DNA of 58,251 bases, from contig CAZYZI010000002.1 in assembly GCA_964651915.1 (NCBI GenBank), positions 1,559-59,809 on the forward strand. The letters run 5' to 3'. The DNA is from an uncultured archaeon (GTDB lineage Archaea; Thermoplasmatota; Poseidoniia; MGIII; CG-Epi1). The notes under the pieces were generated by a model, which was not told the origin of the DNA, did no database searches, and saw only the letters and a program-made list of their open reading frames with translations. How positions within the stretch are numbered: position 1 is the stretch's first letter; every line of letters begins with the position of its first letter. Shown here one piece after another: positions 19,340 to 28,401 of the stretch. Both the position numbers and the translations under genes were made by a program.

Positions 19340-19729
19340 TCAAAAAGTAATTGTTTGATTAACTTCTACACTCATAGTGCCATCGCTAACAAAATAAGTA
19401 TAGACAAAAGTATGAGTCCCACTATCCTCAGAAGCTGATGTTAAAACAAAAGAAGATGAATAACCTCTTGAGATTAATAATGATTCAAACTCATCTGAAA
19501 TGCTATTGAAAGATGCAGACAGTGTAACACTAGCTTCTGCATTGTCCACTTCATATTCTAAAGCTAAAGGAAAACTTTGTTCAATAGAACTCATTATAGG
19601 TGTTAGATCGTGCCTTTCACCTTGATGTTGCCCTATATTGACTGAATGTGTAATAGAACTTGTTACTGCAATTAAAGTAATAGACATTAACAATCCTGAA
19701 ACTAAGAGAAGTTGTGCTTTATTGTTCAT
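19340..19729 (-). CDS. Pilin-like / pilus-associated small protein with N-terminal hydrophobic helix
   Basis: MNNKAQLLLVSGLLMSITLIAV N-terminus (short charged leader plus helix). 1-nt overlap with the upstream gene. Last gene of the type IV filament locus. Confidence 0.55.
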   Translation of the reverse strand: MNNKAQLLLVSGLLMSITLIAVTSSITHSVNIGQHQGERHDLTPIMSSIEQSFPLALEYEVDNAEASVTLSASFNSISDEFESLLISRGYSSSFVLTSASEDSGTHTFVYTYFVSDGTMSVEVNQTITF

Positions 19730-20181
19730 CAGCCCTCCCTATATCCATACCACAATTGTAAATTCAACTCCCAAAGCTCATTATCTGCCCATACTAACCT
19801 AAATGTTTGAGATACTGAACCAGTAGGAACTGTTCTATCTACTAATACTTCGGATTGAGAACCATGGGTCGCTTCTAATCTATAAGAAACAGACGAAGAA
19901 AGGCCTGCATCCAAATATTGTTTTAATGAAGCTGTATTATCTGTAGCTAACCACCAAGATAATGTTGAATCATGGTGTGCTGCCGCTATGGCCGAATCTG
20001 ATGGAACCCATTCATCTAATACTTCTAAAATGTCTAAACCTGTGAAATACAAATCATATTCATCAACATTATTAGCATCACTAGTTGGCAATATGTTAAC
20101 TGCAACATTTACAGTAGAAGTAAATAATGTTGCTACCAAAAGAACCTCAAGCACATGCATTTGTCCTTTTGTATTTTTCAT
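19729..20181 (-). CDS. Pilin-like protein with class III-type signal (KGQ motif)
   Basis: MKNTKGQMHVLEVLLVATLFTSTV: a short basic leader, G-Q, then a hydrophobic helix with Glu, resembling archaeal prepilin signals. Confidence 0.6.
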   Translation of the reverse strand: MKNTKGQMHVLEVLLVATLFTSTVNVAVNILPTSDANNVDEYDLYFTGLDILEVLDEWVPSDSAIAAAHHDSTLSWWLATDNTASLKQYLDAGLSSSVSYRLEATHGSQSEVLVDRTVPTGSVSQTFRLVWADNELWELNLQLWYGYREG

Positions 20182-20198
20182 AATAAATAACCTCTCAA

Positions 20199-21446
20199 TT
20201 ATATCTGAGGAGTAATCATAGATGTTGCAATACCTGTAAGTTCAAAGATAAACCATCCTAATAGTAGAAGGAAAGAAGCTCGACTGAATGCTGAATAAAG
20301 TCTGCCAGTAGACATGAAACCTGCTGCAAGACCATTACCTATACCCTGAACCATCAAACTGTAAAGAAACATAGTTGAAATCCAAACTTCGTTCATCTCT
20401 CTAATTGTCAAGTTACCGATAGACATGCTACCTCCTCCTGTTGTTGCTGAAGAATCAACAATTGCTGGAATGAAAGTACTAGCTAAAACTAAAATAATAC
20501 CTAAATAAACAAAGAAAGAAGCATAGATAACTGTTACATAACTTCCAACTTCTTGTCTTCTTTCAGTCTCAAGAGCCTTGATTTCTTTAGCATCATATGA
20601 AGCTGCTAAAAGAATATCCGAAATACGACCACCTGCACGGTTTGCTTCGTCAACCATCCTAACTGCACGTGTTACAATTGGAGAAGTAACCCGTTCTGTA
20701 AACATCTCCAAAACTTCACCGAAAGAAACACCCCACGAAATTTGTGAAGCCATTTTGTTTACTTCATCATTAAGGTTACCATATTCTCCTTTGGCCAATG
20801 TTTGAATTGCAACGGTCATACTAAGACCACCTTTCCAATATTCAGCTAAATCACGCAAGAAATCGGGGAATTTTTCTTCAACTCGGGCTCTAATTTGGTC
20901 TCTACGGTATCCATAAATTCCATAAGGAAGCATAAGAGCTACAATACCAAAAACAATGTAATCAATTGCTGAAACCTCAGGATAACTACGAATCCATTCA
21001 GTTGCTGCCATTTCGTTTTCTATTCCATCATCATTAAGCAACCTATCTCTTGTTTCATTACTCTTAATCGAAAATAAACCTAATCCAGTAATACATTGGG
21101 CCTGGTCAATTCTACAGTTTTCATATGGAACATTTGGATCTACGGTTTCACCAAAAGTAAAAGAAAATCTACCATCATTCATATTCCAAGGATTATCGAA
21201 TTGTTTATCACCATCACCATCTTCCATCAAAGTAAGAGCATCTGTTTCATGATTTATTTTAGCAAGACCAAAAAAGGACATGGATAAAATTATTGAGATG
21301 AATATAATAATGGCAGGACCCCAATCAGTTGCCTTATCTCTAACTTTTAACCAACGATCGACTTTCCAATATTCCATCCAACGTCTTTTGACACCTGTAC
21401 GACGATCTTTGTAGACCTTCTTCTCTAAACTACCTTTAATACTCAT
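20199..21446 (-). CDS. Type IV filament platform protein (T2SS-F domain, FlaJ/TadC-half) with extracytoplasmic insert
   Basis: FPDFLRDLAEYWKGGLSMTVAIQTLA...VTSPIVTRAVRMVDEANRAGGRISDILLAAS T2SS-F pattern plus C-terminal TM helices. An N-terminal TM and a loop of about 100 aa precede it. Confidence 0.85.
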   Translation of the reverse strand: MSIKGSLEKKVYKDRRTGVKRRWMEYWKVDRWLKVRDKATDWGPAIIIFISIILSMSFFGLAKINHETDALTLMEDGDGDKQFDNPWNMNDGRFSFTFGETVDPNVPYENCRIDQAQCITGLGLFSIKSNETRDRLLNDDGIENEMAATEWIRSYPEVSAIDYIVFGIVALMLPYGIYGYRRDQIRARVEEKFPDFLRDLAEYWKGGLSMTVAIQTLAKGEYGNLNDEVNKMASQISWGVSFGEVLEMFTERVTSPIVTRAVRMVDEANRAGGRISDILLAASYDAKEIKALETERRQEVGSYVTVIYASFFVYLGIILVLASTFIPAIVDSSATTGGGSMSIGNLTIREMNEVWISTMFLYSLMVQGIGNGLAAGFMSTGRLYSAFSRASFLLLLGWFIFELTGIATSMITPQI

Positions 21447-22402
21447 TAATCAGTAGAGACCTCCTGACTCAATGAAAAGAATAAACCGGAAAATATTATC
21501 TGAATAACAGGAAAACCGCCAAAAACTAAAAGGTACATATGGATTTCCTCAAGTTGCATACCTGCTCCTGAAACCCAGAACGTAATAACTGCAATAATCA
21601 TAGCGAAAATAGGCAAAGCAACTGCAACAACCACATATGCTTCTGAGAAAAGCGCCATTTGCTGAAGAACATCTTTTACATGAACTCTATTCTGTTGAGC
21701 ATAATATTCTGATCTATTCAAGAAGTATAATTTCAAATTACCTCCAGAAGTCACAGTTCCAATAATTCCTTGAATAAATTCTGCAAATCTTTCAGAAGGA
21801 GTACGATCTACTGCTTCTTTTAATGTTGTAACTAAATCTCTCCCCATAAATTCCATACTATGATAAATCCAAGCTGAATCTACGGCAATTTCCCCATAAA
21901 TATCCTCATTTCTTGCAAGTGATTTGAACGTCTGTGTAGGTGTAGCATTTGCTGCAGCCATAGCCGAAACATAACTAGCCGCAAACGGAAGTTGCCGATC
22001 CATACTTGTTGCTCGACTGCTTTCCAAGAGTGCAGGAGTTAACCATTGAATTAAAGCTATCAAAAGTGGAATTACTAAGCACAAAAAGGCTGCAATTATA
22101 AGTTCAACTGTTCGAGAAACTTCTAATGTTTCGCCTTCTTCACCACCTGCCTTAGGTAATGTTTCAATAACGTCAGGAATTAAAAAACCAGATATACCTA
22201 ATACCAGTAAAACGCCAACAATAAAAGCTGTGACAACCTGCATTACTGAAACTGCAACGTAATCTGCTGCTAAGAGTGGAATCCGTGCTTTAACTAATTG
22301 ATTTCTTAAGCCAACTGAATCTTTAGTCAAAAGTCGGCCTAACCAACCGAAAAGAACCCTACTAAATGTTTCAAAACCGCTCAGAGCCATTTGTGCCACC
22401 AA
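21446..22402 (-). CDS. Type IV filament platform protein (T2SS-F domain, FlaJ/TadB-half)
   Basis: LPFAASYVSAMAAANATPTQTFKSLA...FAEFIQGIIGTVTSGGNLKLYF T2SS-F pattern plus TM helices. The likely true start is the ATG at 22390. Confidence 0.8.
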   Translation of the reverse strand: MVAQMALSGFETFSRVLFGWLGRLLTKDSVGLRNQLVKARIPLLAADYVAVSVMQVVTAFIVGVLLVLGISGFLIPDVIETLPKAGGEEGETLEVSRTVELIIAAFLCLVIPLLIALIQWLTPALLESSRATSMDRQLPFAASYVSAMAAANATPTQTFKSLARNEDIYGEIAVDSAWIYHSMEFMGRDLVTTLKEAVDRTPSERFAEFIQGIIGTVTSGGNLKLYFLNRSEYYAQQNRVHVKDVLQQMALFSEAYVVVAVALPIFAMIIAVITFWVSGAGMQLEEIHMYLLVFGGFPVIQIIFSGLFFSLSQEVSTD

Positions 22403-24609
22403 CGTGGATTAGCGGAACGTTGTACTCTGTTAGCTAAACTTGATTTTAGGCTTACCATGGCCTTGCTTACACGGGTTTCTTCAGCTTCAACAGCTTTAGA
22501 TCGTTTCTCATCTACAAGTTTTTCAATATTAGCCGTCGCCTTTGCCCTTTTGTTAAGTTCAGCATGAACATTCTTCAACATTCTTCGGCCTTCAACCTCA
22601 TTAAGTGAGGATACGTCTCCCAAATCAATTTCCTTAGCTAAAGGTGTTAACTGCTTAATTGGTACATAATATGCTTGATCTTTTAATAATGCGTTTTGAA
22701 GATTCATTTCCTCTTTTTCTCTTCGTACTTCTTCGTTAGCAATCAATTTGGATCTCTTAGTTGGATCGTCTGTTGATGATATTTTAGCATCATTTTTCGC
22801 TCGAGTTGCTTGCTCTTTAGCTTCGCGCTTTTGGTACTTTTGTCTCACTTTAGGTGGGAAATCTCCAACATCGACGTCTTCATCATCACTAGATAAATCC
22901 ATGTCACGATCTGCTACTTTACGGCGGCGTTTCTTACCACCAACTTGCATATCCTCGTAAACTTGTCTCATTACATCTTCAGGATGTACATAATACTCAG
23001 CTACAACACGTGCAAAATCTTTGTAATCTCTAATTCCTTTCTTTAAACACCATTCAATAACTAATTGTCTTCTTTTGGTTTCATCCATTATCTCAACGCG
23101 ATTGAGATTAGCTTTCATCATAATTTTTTCAAATATATACGATTTGCCTGTGAAAACATATTCATCAATAGTATTATCCCACCTAAATGCCTCATTAGTC
23201 AATAATTCATGTGAATGTGGATCAATACCAATAATTTCCACAATTGCTTTATTTCTCCTTACACGTTTACCGCCTACACGTGTCTGAATTTGAATTGAAA
23301 TACCATCTAATGCTGGAATTAATACACGCGGAATTTCAATTGGTTTATTCTCGAGACGGTGAACTAAACTCTGAATTGAATCTGCGTGGAAAGTAGAATA
23401 TGTTGTGTGTCCCGTTGCCATAGCCTGGAAAAGAACATAAGCTTCTGCACCTCGAATTTCTCCGACAATAATGTATTCAGGACGTTCTCGAAGAGCTGCT
23501 CTCAATAAATCATACATGTCAACTTCTCCAGCAGCTTTACCGCCGGTAGCACTGCCTTCACCACCAAAACCTTGTCTTGTACAACCTGGAATCCAATTTG
23601 GATGTGGTAAATTCAACTCACGTGTTTCCTCAATGCTAACAATTTTATGTTGCCATGGAAGGAAAAGAGAACATGCGTTCAATGATGTTGTTTTGCCTGA
23701 TGCCGTTCCTCCGACAAAAAGCATTGACATTCCATACTGCATTGCTAACCAAAAGAAAGCAATTTGCATAGAAGAGAATGTCTTAAATTCAAGTAAATCT
23801 ACAGGAGTAAAAGGTTCATCTCTGAAACGCCGTATCGTAAATGTTGACCCTTTAGTTGATACCTCTCGACCAAGAGTCATAACTATACGAGAACCATCCA
23901 TTAATGTTGCATCCAAAAGAGGTTCTGCAATAGAAATATGTTTTCCACAACGTTGAGCCATACGAATAATGTAATTTTCTAATTCATGTTCATCTTCCCA
24001 CATGACATTCGTTCTCAAAGATTCAAAACGTCTATGATAAACGAAAATTTCTACACCAGGGCCATCACAAGAAACATCCTCAATATTTGGATCTCTCATC
24101 ATGGTATCTATTTTACCATAACCAATCAAATCTCTTTCAATAAAATAATGTATTTTTGCACGATTACTCTTACGAGATTTTAATCTATATGAATCTAGAA
24201 TATCATCAACTGCTTGCTTAAGAAAATCTTCTTGAGTTTCATCAAGAGTATCACGATCTATGTTAAGAGCGCGCTGAAGAACTGATTGAATTGTATCTAA
24301 ATCTTCTTGCTCTTGCTTAGTTGCTTTAGGTTCAACGACATAATAAAATCTTGAATAATCTCTTTTATCAAACAAAACTCTTACATATGAAAATGGAGGG
24401 TAAACAGGATAAGTATCTAACTCTTCGAAATCTTCTCCGATTTCAATATCATCCATAACTAAATCGTGAATGACGCCTGCTTTCTCGGCTGCAGCGCGTT
24501 GTTTTCGAAGTTTGCGACGTTGTAACCAAGAGAGTTTTGATTCATCGATTTCTTGCTCTTCACCGAGTAAACTTGAACCTGCGTCTAAGGTTTCTTTTGA
24601 TGCACTCAT
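22381..24609 (-). CDS. FlaI/PilB-like type IV filament ATPase with long N- and C-terminal extensions (742 aa)
   Basis: Walker A GGTASGKTTSLNA, RPEYIIVGEIRGAEA, His box TGHTTYSTFHAD. The C-terminal region of about 190 aa is K/R/E/D-rich low complexity. Confidence 0.9.
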   Translation of the reverse strand: MSASKETLDAGSSLLGEEQEIDESKLSWLQRRKLRKQRAAAEKAGVIHDLVMDDIEIGEDFEELDTYPVYPPFSYVRVLFDKRDYSRFYYVVEPKATKQEQEDLDTIQSVLQRALNIDRDTLDETQEDFLKQAVDDILDSYRLKSRKSNRAKIHYFIERDLIGYGKIDTMMRDPNIEDVSCDGPGVEIFVYHRRFESLRTNVMWEDEHELENYIIRMAQRCGKHISIAEPLLDATLMDGSRIVMTLGREVSTKGSTFTIRRFRDEPFTPVDLLEFKTFSSMQIAFFWLAMQYGMSMLFVGGTASGKTTSLNACSLFLPWQHKIVSIEETRELNLPHPNWIPGCTRQGFGGEGSATGGKAAGEVDMYDLLRAALRERPEYIIVGEIRGAEAYVLFQAMATGHTTYSTFHADSIQSLVHRLENKPIEIPRVLIPALDGISIQIQTRVGGKRVRRNKAIVEIIGIDPHSHELLTNEAFRWDNTIDEYVFTGKSYIFEKIMMKANLNRVEIMDETKRRQLVIEWCLKKGIRDYKDFARVVAEYYVHPEDVMRQVYEDMQVGGKKRRRKVADRDMDLSSDDEDVDVGDFPPKVRQKYQKREAKEQATRAKNDAKISSTDDPTKRSKLIANEEVRREKEEMNLQNALLKDQAYYVPIKQLTPLAKEIDLGDVSSLNEVEGRRMLKNVHAELNKRAKATANIEKLVDEKRSKAVEAEETRVSKAMVSLKSSLANRVQRSANPRWWHKWL

Positions 24610-24613
24610 TTTA

Positions 24614-25090
24614 TCATTCTGCGGTTAGCTTCACAACCTTTAGGTTGTCGTCATAGTATGCGACTATATAAGAAGTCGTCGATATTAATGGATTACCACT
24701 ATTAGTTACAATAGCTGTTGCAGGTGCAAGAGGAAAAGTAACCTCATAGGATCCACCCCGTGGTTGAATTGTAGTAACTTTTAAGCCATTTTCAGTACCA
24801 TTAACTTTGTACTTAATTCCATGATTAATCGAATCGATACCCCACTCTAATTTGACTACAGGTGAAGAACCAGGATACTCACGTACTGTATTAAGGAGAT
24901 CTTCAATTGCTAGTTGAAAGTAAAGAGCGACTTCTTCAGCCTCTTCTTGTGCTGTGTTAGATATATTTCCAGTAAGCATAGTACTTGAGGTAAGCATCAT
25001 TGAGGAAAGAATTAAGACCGAAATGGCTGCCGTATAAACATAACCAATCAGTTCAGATGCTGCATTATCATCTGAGATTAAATTTGACAT
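24614..25090 (-). CDS. Archaeal pilin-like protein
   Basis: DDNAASELIGYVYTAAISVLILSSMML N-terminus of archaeal pilin type. Lies between the major pilin-like gene and the ATPase. Confidence 0.65.
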   Translation of the reverse strand: MSNLISDDNAASELIGYVYTAAISVLILSSMMLTSSTMLTGNISNTAQEEAEEVALYFQLAIEDLLNTVREYPGSSPVVKLEWGIDSINHGIKYKVNGTENGLKVTTIQPRGGSYEVTFPLAPATAIVTNSGNPLISTTSYIVAYYDDNLKVVKLTAE

Positions 25091-26114
25091 TTATTGTCCT
25101 CTCTAATATCCTAAAGTCAAAAGTTGATGACTGTGATAAAACTACATCTTCCTCAAAACCCATACTTGAACCTACTAGTGATTCAGCAGGCGTAAAATAG
25201 AATGTTTTTGGAGTGAACCCCAACTCATTAAAATAATAAGTTCTAAGAGCAAGAGAACTATCACCACTAAACCCTACGCGAATACTATAGACATCCAAAG
25301 AAACATCTCGACCGCCTTGATTACGTGCATCAAAAATAAAATTACCTGCCGTTAAACTTTTCGCGGAAGAAGAAAGATTGTAATCTGTCTGATAAAATGT
25401 AAGCGAATCTAAACCTCCAGATGATGAAACTGAACGAACTAAAGGCTTCGAACTAACAAAGAAAGGGCCGCCTGGTTCTTTAGAGACTACACCTCCATTA
25501 AACATGCGCATTTTGAAAACACCTGAAACTGATGAATATCGATAGGATAATGCATCAGTCCCATAAATGTAAAAGCCTCCAACTTGAGTTGTGTTTGCTG
25601 TACTAGAATATATAGCTGAGGTACCGTAAGCCAAAGGATATGGAAAATCTGAAACTATACGTTCTGAAGTGGTACCTGTCCATTCCGTACCATTAGGATA
25701 AGTTAAAGTTATTTTATAATCAGAAACGACCGATTTTGAATCCATCATTGCAAATTTAGTAGCACCATTTCCAACACCTACTATGGTAGGATCTGACCAA
25801 GAAACAGTTGTGTAATAATATTTAATTTCATCCAAATTTGAACGTTCAACAAAGGAACCGGAACTAAAAGACACTGTAGATGTACGAGATGCGCCTTCAC
25901 CTTGAAGTATCACGTGATCTAAGTCAGCATCAAAATTCAAAAGATTATTTTGTGAAGAAGTGTAAATTGCATAAGCCTCACTCTGTTGTATCTGTGGAAT
26001 ACCCCATGCAAGCATAGTTCCTGTTATTGTAATCATAATAGCTAAAATCAAAACTGTGCCAATTACAGGACTAACGGCATCCTCTGATTTACCTAATGAA
26101 AGCTGTCGCTGCAC
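25068..26114 (-). CDS. Archaeal type IV pilin N-terminal domain protein (large, 348 aa)
   Basis: GTG start. KSEDAVSPVIGTVLILAIMITITGTML is the canonical archaeal Pilin_N signature, followed by a Ser/Thr/Tyr-rich beta-type domain. Confidence 0.8.
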   Translation of the reverse strand: MQRQLSLGKSEDAVSPVIGTVLILAIMITITGTMLAWGIPQIQQSEAYAIYTSSQNNLLNFDADLDHVILQGEGASRTSTVSFSSGSFVERSNLDEIKYYYTTVSWSDPTIVGVGNGATKFAMMDSKSVVSDYKITLTYPNGTEWTGTTSERIVSDFPYPLAYGTSAIYSSTANTTQVGGFYIYGTDALSYRYSSVSGVFKMRMFNGGVVSKEPGGPFFVSSKPLVRSVSSSGGLDSLTFYQTDYNLSSSAKSLTAGNFIFDARNQGGRDVSLDVYSIRVGFSGDSSLALRTYYFNELGFTPKTFYFTPAESLVGSSMGFEEDVVLSQSSTFDFRILERTINVKFNLR

Positions 26115-26157
26115 ATTGAGGCACTAATATGGGGTTCTAAAAAGTGTTAGGTTAAAA

Positions 26158-27087
26158 TTAATGAGCGTTATTTTCTAACCATCTTTCTGCATCTATAGCT
26201 GCCATACACCCCATACCTGCTGCAGTTATGGCTTGACGATAACGTGTGTCTACTACATCGCCACCTGCAAAAACACCAGGTACACTAGTCATTGAATTTT
26301 CTTTCCATAAAATGTAACCTTCACTATCTGTTTCAACTTGCCTTGACAAAAAATCAGTTATTGGTTTGTGACCTATAGCTATGAAAGCTCCGTCACAAGA
26401 AAAATCTTCTTCCTTTCCTGATTTAGTATTTACTAAAGTTGCACCTTCGAAATTACCATCTGAACCTAACCATGATTTTATTTGATAATTTATTTTCCAA
26501 TCAATTTTTGGATTACCTTTTGCTCTATCAAGCATAATTTGAGAAGAACGGAAGACTTCACGTCTATGAATTATTGTGACTTTACTACAAAACTTAGTCA
26601 AAAAAGTTGCCTCTTCCATGGCTGAATCGCCACCACCAACAACAATAACTTCTTTGTCTCTAAAAAAAGCTCCATCGCATGTTGCACAAGTTGAGATACC
26701 TCTACCTTTGTGCAATGATTCATTTTCAGCATCTAACCAAATAGCTTCAGCCCCAGTTGTTACAATTAATGAATTGGCTAAATGAATTTCATCTCCAACA
26801 TTTACTTTAAAGGGTCTGCTTGATAAATCAACTGATTCAACATTTTTATCTATTATATCGCAGCCAAATCTGGAAGCTTGAGATCTAAGTTCCATCATCA
26901 TTTCAGGTCCTGCGATTCCTTCCGGATATCCTGGGAAATTTTCAATATCGCTTGTTAGCATCAATTGACCTCCGCTTGAGAATCCTGCAAATATTATGGG
27001 GTTCAACATTGCCCGACCTGCATACAAACCTGCTGTATATCCTGCTGGACCGGACCCAATTATTATGACGTCTCTGATATCAGACAT
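26158..27087 (-). CDS. trxB: Thioredoxin reductase
   Basis: VIIIGSGPAGYTAGLYAGRA, redox-active CATCDG, VVGGGDSAMEEA, GDV..T..RQAITAAGMG. Confidence 0.92.
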   Translation of the reverse strand: MSDIRDVIIIGSGPAGYTAGLYAGRAMLNPIIFAGFSSGGQLMLTSDIENFPGYPEGIAGPEMMMELRSQASRFGCDIIDKNVESVDLSSRPFKVNVGDEIHLANSLIVTTGAEAIWLDAENESLHKGRGISTCATCDGAFFRDKEVIVVGGGDSAMEEATFLTKFCSKVTIIHRREVFRSSQIMLDRAKGNPKIDWKINYQIKSWLGSDGNFEGATLVNTKSGKEEDFSCDGAFIAIGHKPITDFLSRQVETDSEGYILWKENSMTSVPGVFAGGDVVDTRYRQAITAAGMGCMAAIDAERWLENNAH

Positions 27088-27127
27088 TATGTGGCATGAA
27101 CAAGGCTTCTAAAATTGTTGTGCCCAA

Positions 27128-27868
27128 TTAACCATTCCATCTAGCTGATATAATGAAACCAGTATGGCCTATCATATTACTCTGAGGTCTCAATGCGTTA
27201 GACTTGGACTGCCAAATTCTTTGAATTGTTTCCACGGTCTCAATTTCTTTCCAATTCTTCATTGAATCAATAAGCTTCTGAACTTGGTTAGCTGTAGGAA
27301 CATAGCAAATTAGGAAACCGCCCACTCTAATTGATTTTTGAGCCCAAGAAATTATATCCCATGGATTGGGAATATCTAAAATTATAGAAGATGTCGGAAT
27401 AATTTCAGTATCATCATTCAATTCTTCATTACGAATGTCTACTAAATCATTCCATGGACTCATATCAATATTTCTTTTAGCAATTTTAAAATGACGTGAA
27501 TGGTTTTCAAAAGTTATTACTTTTCCTTTAGGTGCTATTGATTGAGCAAGTCCTAAAGTTAAAGCACCAGACCCGCTTCCTGCCTCAATGACTGTATCGC
27601 CTGTTGATATGCCTGATTTGTAAATAATCCATGCTGCATCTTTAGGAGAAATTATCTGTGGACCTCTTTTAAGGTTAGACTGTAAATCTGATTGAACTGG
27701 ACTGACTAACTTAGATTTCTTTTCAAAAAGTTCAAATTCGACATTTAACTCATAATCATGAAGAAGTTTTGTTGGAAAACGACCAAAATCTTTGATTTCA
27801 ACAACTTCAGAATCTAAATTTACAATGTGTGTAGAACCATCAATTATCAAAAGGACCCAATGACTCAT
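27128..27868 (-). CDS. trmI: tRNA (adenine-N1)-methyltransferase TrmI/GCD14 family
   Basis: RGPQIISPKDAAWI, SAM motif VIEAGSGSGALTLGLAQ, LDIPNPW, GHTGFIISARW. Confidence 0.85.
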   Translation of the reverse strand: MSHWVLLIIDGSTHIVNLDSEVVEIKDFGRFPTKLLHDYELNVEFELFEKKSKLVSPVQSDLQSNLKRGPQIISPKDAAWIIYKSGISTGDTVIEAGSGSGALTLGLAQSIAPKGKVITFENHSRHFKIAKRNIDMSPWNDLVDIRNEELNDDTEIIPTSSIILDIPNPWDIISWAQKSIRVGGFLICYVPTANQVQKLIDSMKNWKEIETVETIQRIWQSKSNALRPQSNMIGHTGFIISARWNG

Positions 27869-27884
27869 TGGAGAAAATTAGGAA

Positions 27885-28337
27885 TTAACCTACCAGAAGT
27901 TTAGCATCTGCTAATGAATATTTCCAGTCTTCAGAAATTACATTAGTTGAACGATAATATTTTGCTAAACGAAGAATCTTTGCCTCGGTTAAACGCAAAG
28001 CTCTTGTATTATGAACATCCTTGTTATTAATCTTTAAATGTTCTCCCAATTTAACTGCTTTTCTCATTAAATTCGTAAGATTTTCAGGTAGCTGAGGTGC
28101 CATATCTTTTTCTTCCAATATCTTGGATATTGATTTACCTGTAGCAAGTTTTACACTAGGAACACCGTGCACATCTCTTAATGCTATACCAATTTGAGAA
28201 GTTGTATTACCTTCTGATGACAATTCAACAACCATCTTTTCTACGTCTTTTGGTTTAGGAGACCACTTTGGATTTTTTTCTCTAGTCTGTGGACTAGAAC
28301 CTGAGCGACCCCTGCGTCGTGCGTGCATTCGTGCCAT
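27885..28337 (-). CDS. rps15: 30S ribosomal protein uS15 (archaeal S15P/S13e type)
   Basis: MARMHARRRGRSGS N-terminus with an S13e-type N-domain and an S15 C-domain. AGGAG Shine-Dalgarno about 8 nt upstream. Confidence 0.92.
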   Translation of the reverse strand: MARMHARRRGRSGSSPQTREKNPKWSPKPKDVEKMVVELSSEGNTTSQIGIALRDVHGVPSVKLATGKSISKILEEKDMAPQLPENLTNLMRKAVKLGEHLKINNKDVHNTRALRLTEAKILRLAKYYRSTNVISEDWKYSLADAKLLVG

Positions 28338-28401
28338 AATTGTTTATCTCCTTGAGGAGGGTATGGCGCCAGTCAGGCCTGTATAAAAACATTAGCACAT
28401 T

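Noticed and set aside
23471-23956. 161-aa plus-strand ORF opposite the FlaI-like ATPase core
   Set aside because: It lies antisense to the Walker A/B region of a strongly supported gene and has no independent signals.
19340-26114. Calling the large filament locus an archaellum (fla) operon
   Set aside because: No archaellin-type N-terminus and no FlaH (KaiC-like) or FlaF/FlaG/FlaCDE-like genes are recognisable. The pilins carry the Pilin_N (AVSPVIG) signature instead. The small downstream proteins are too divergent to assign by eye.
28338-28401. Possible autoregulatory leader structure upstream of rps15 (GC-rich ggcgccagtcaggcc segment)
   Set aside because: The segment is short, with no convincing hairpin or mimic of the S15 rRNA site that I could fold by eye. 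It probably contains only the promoter (TTTTTATAC) and the SD.
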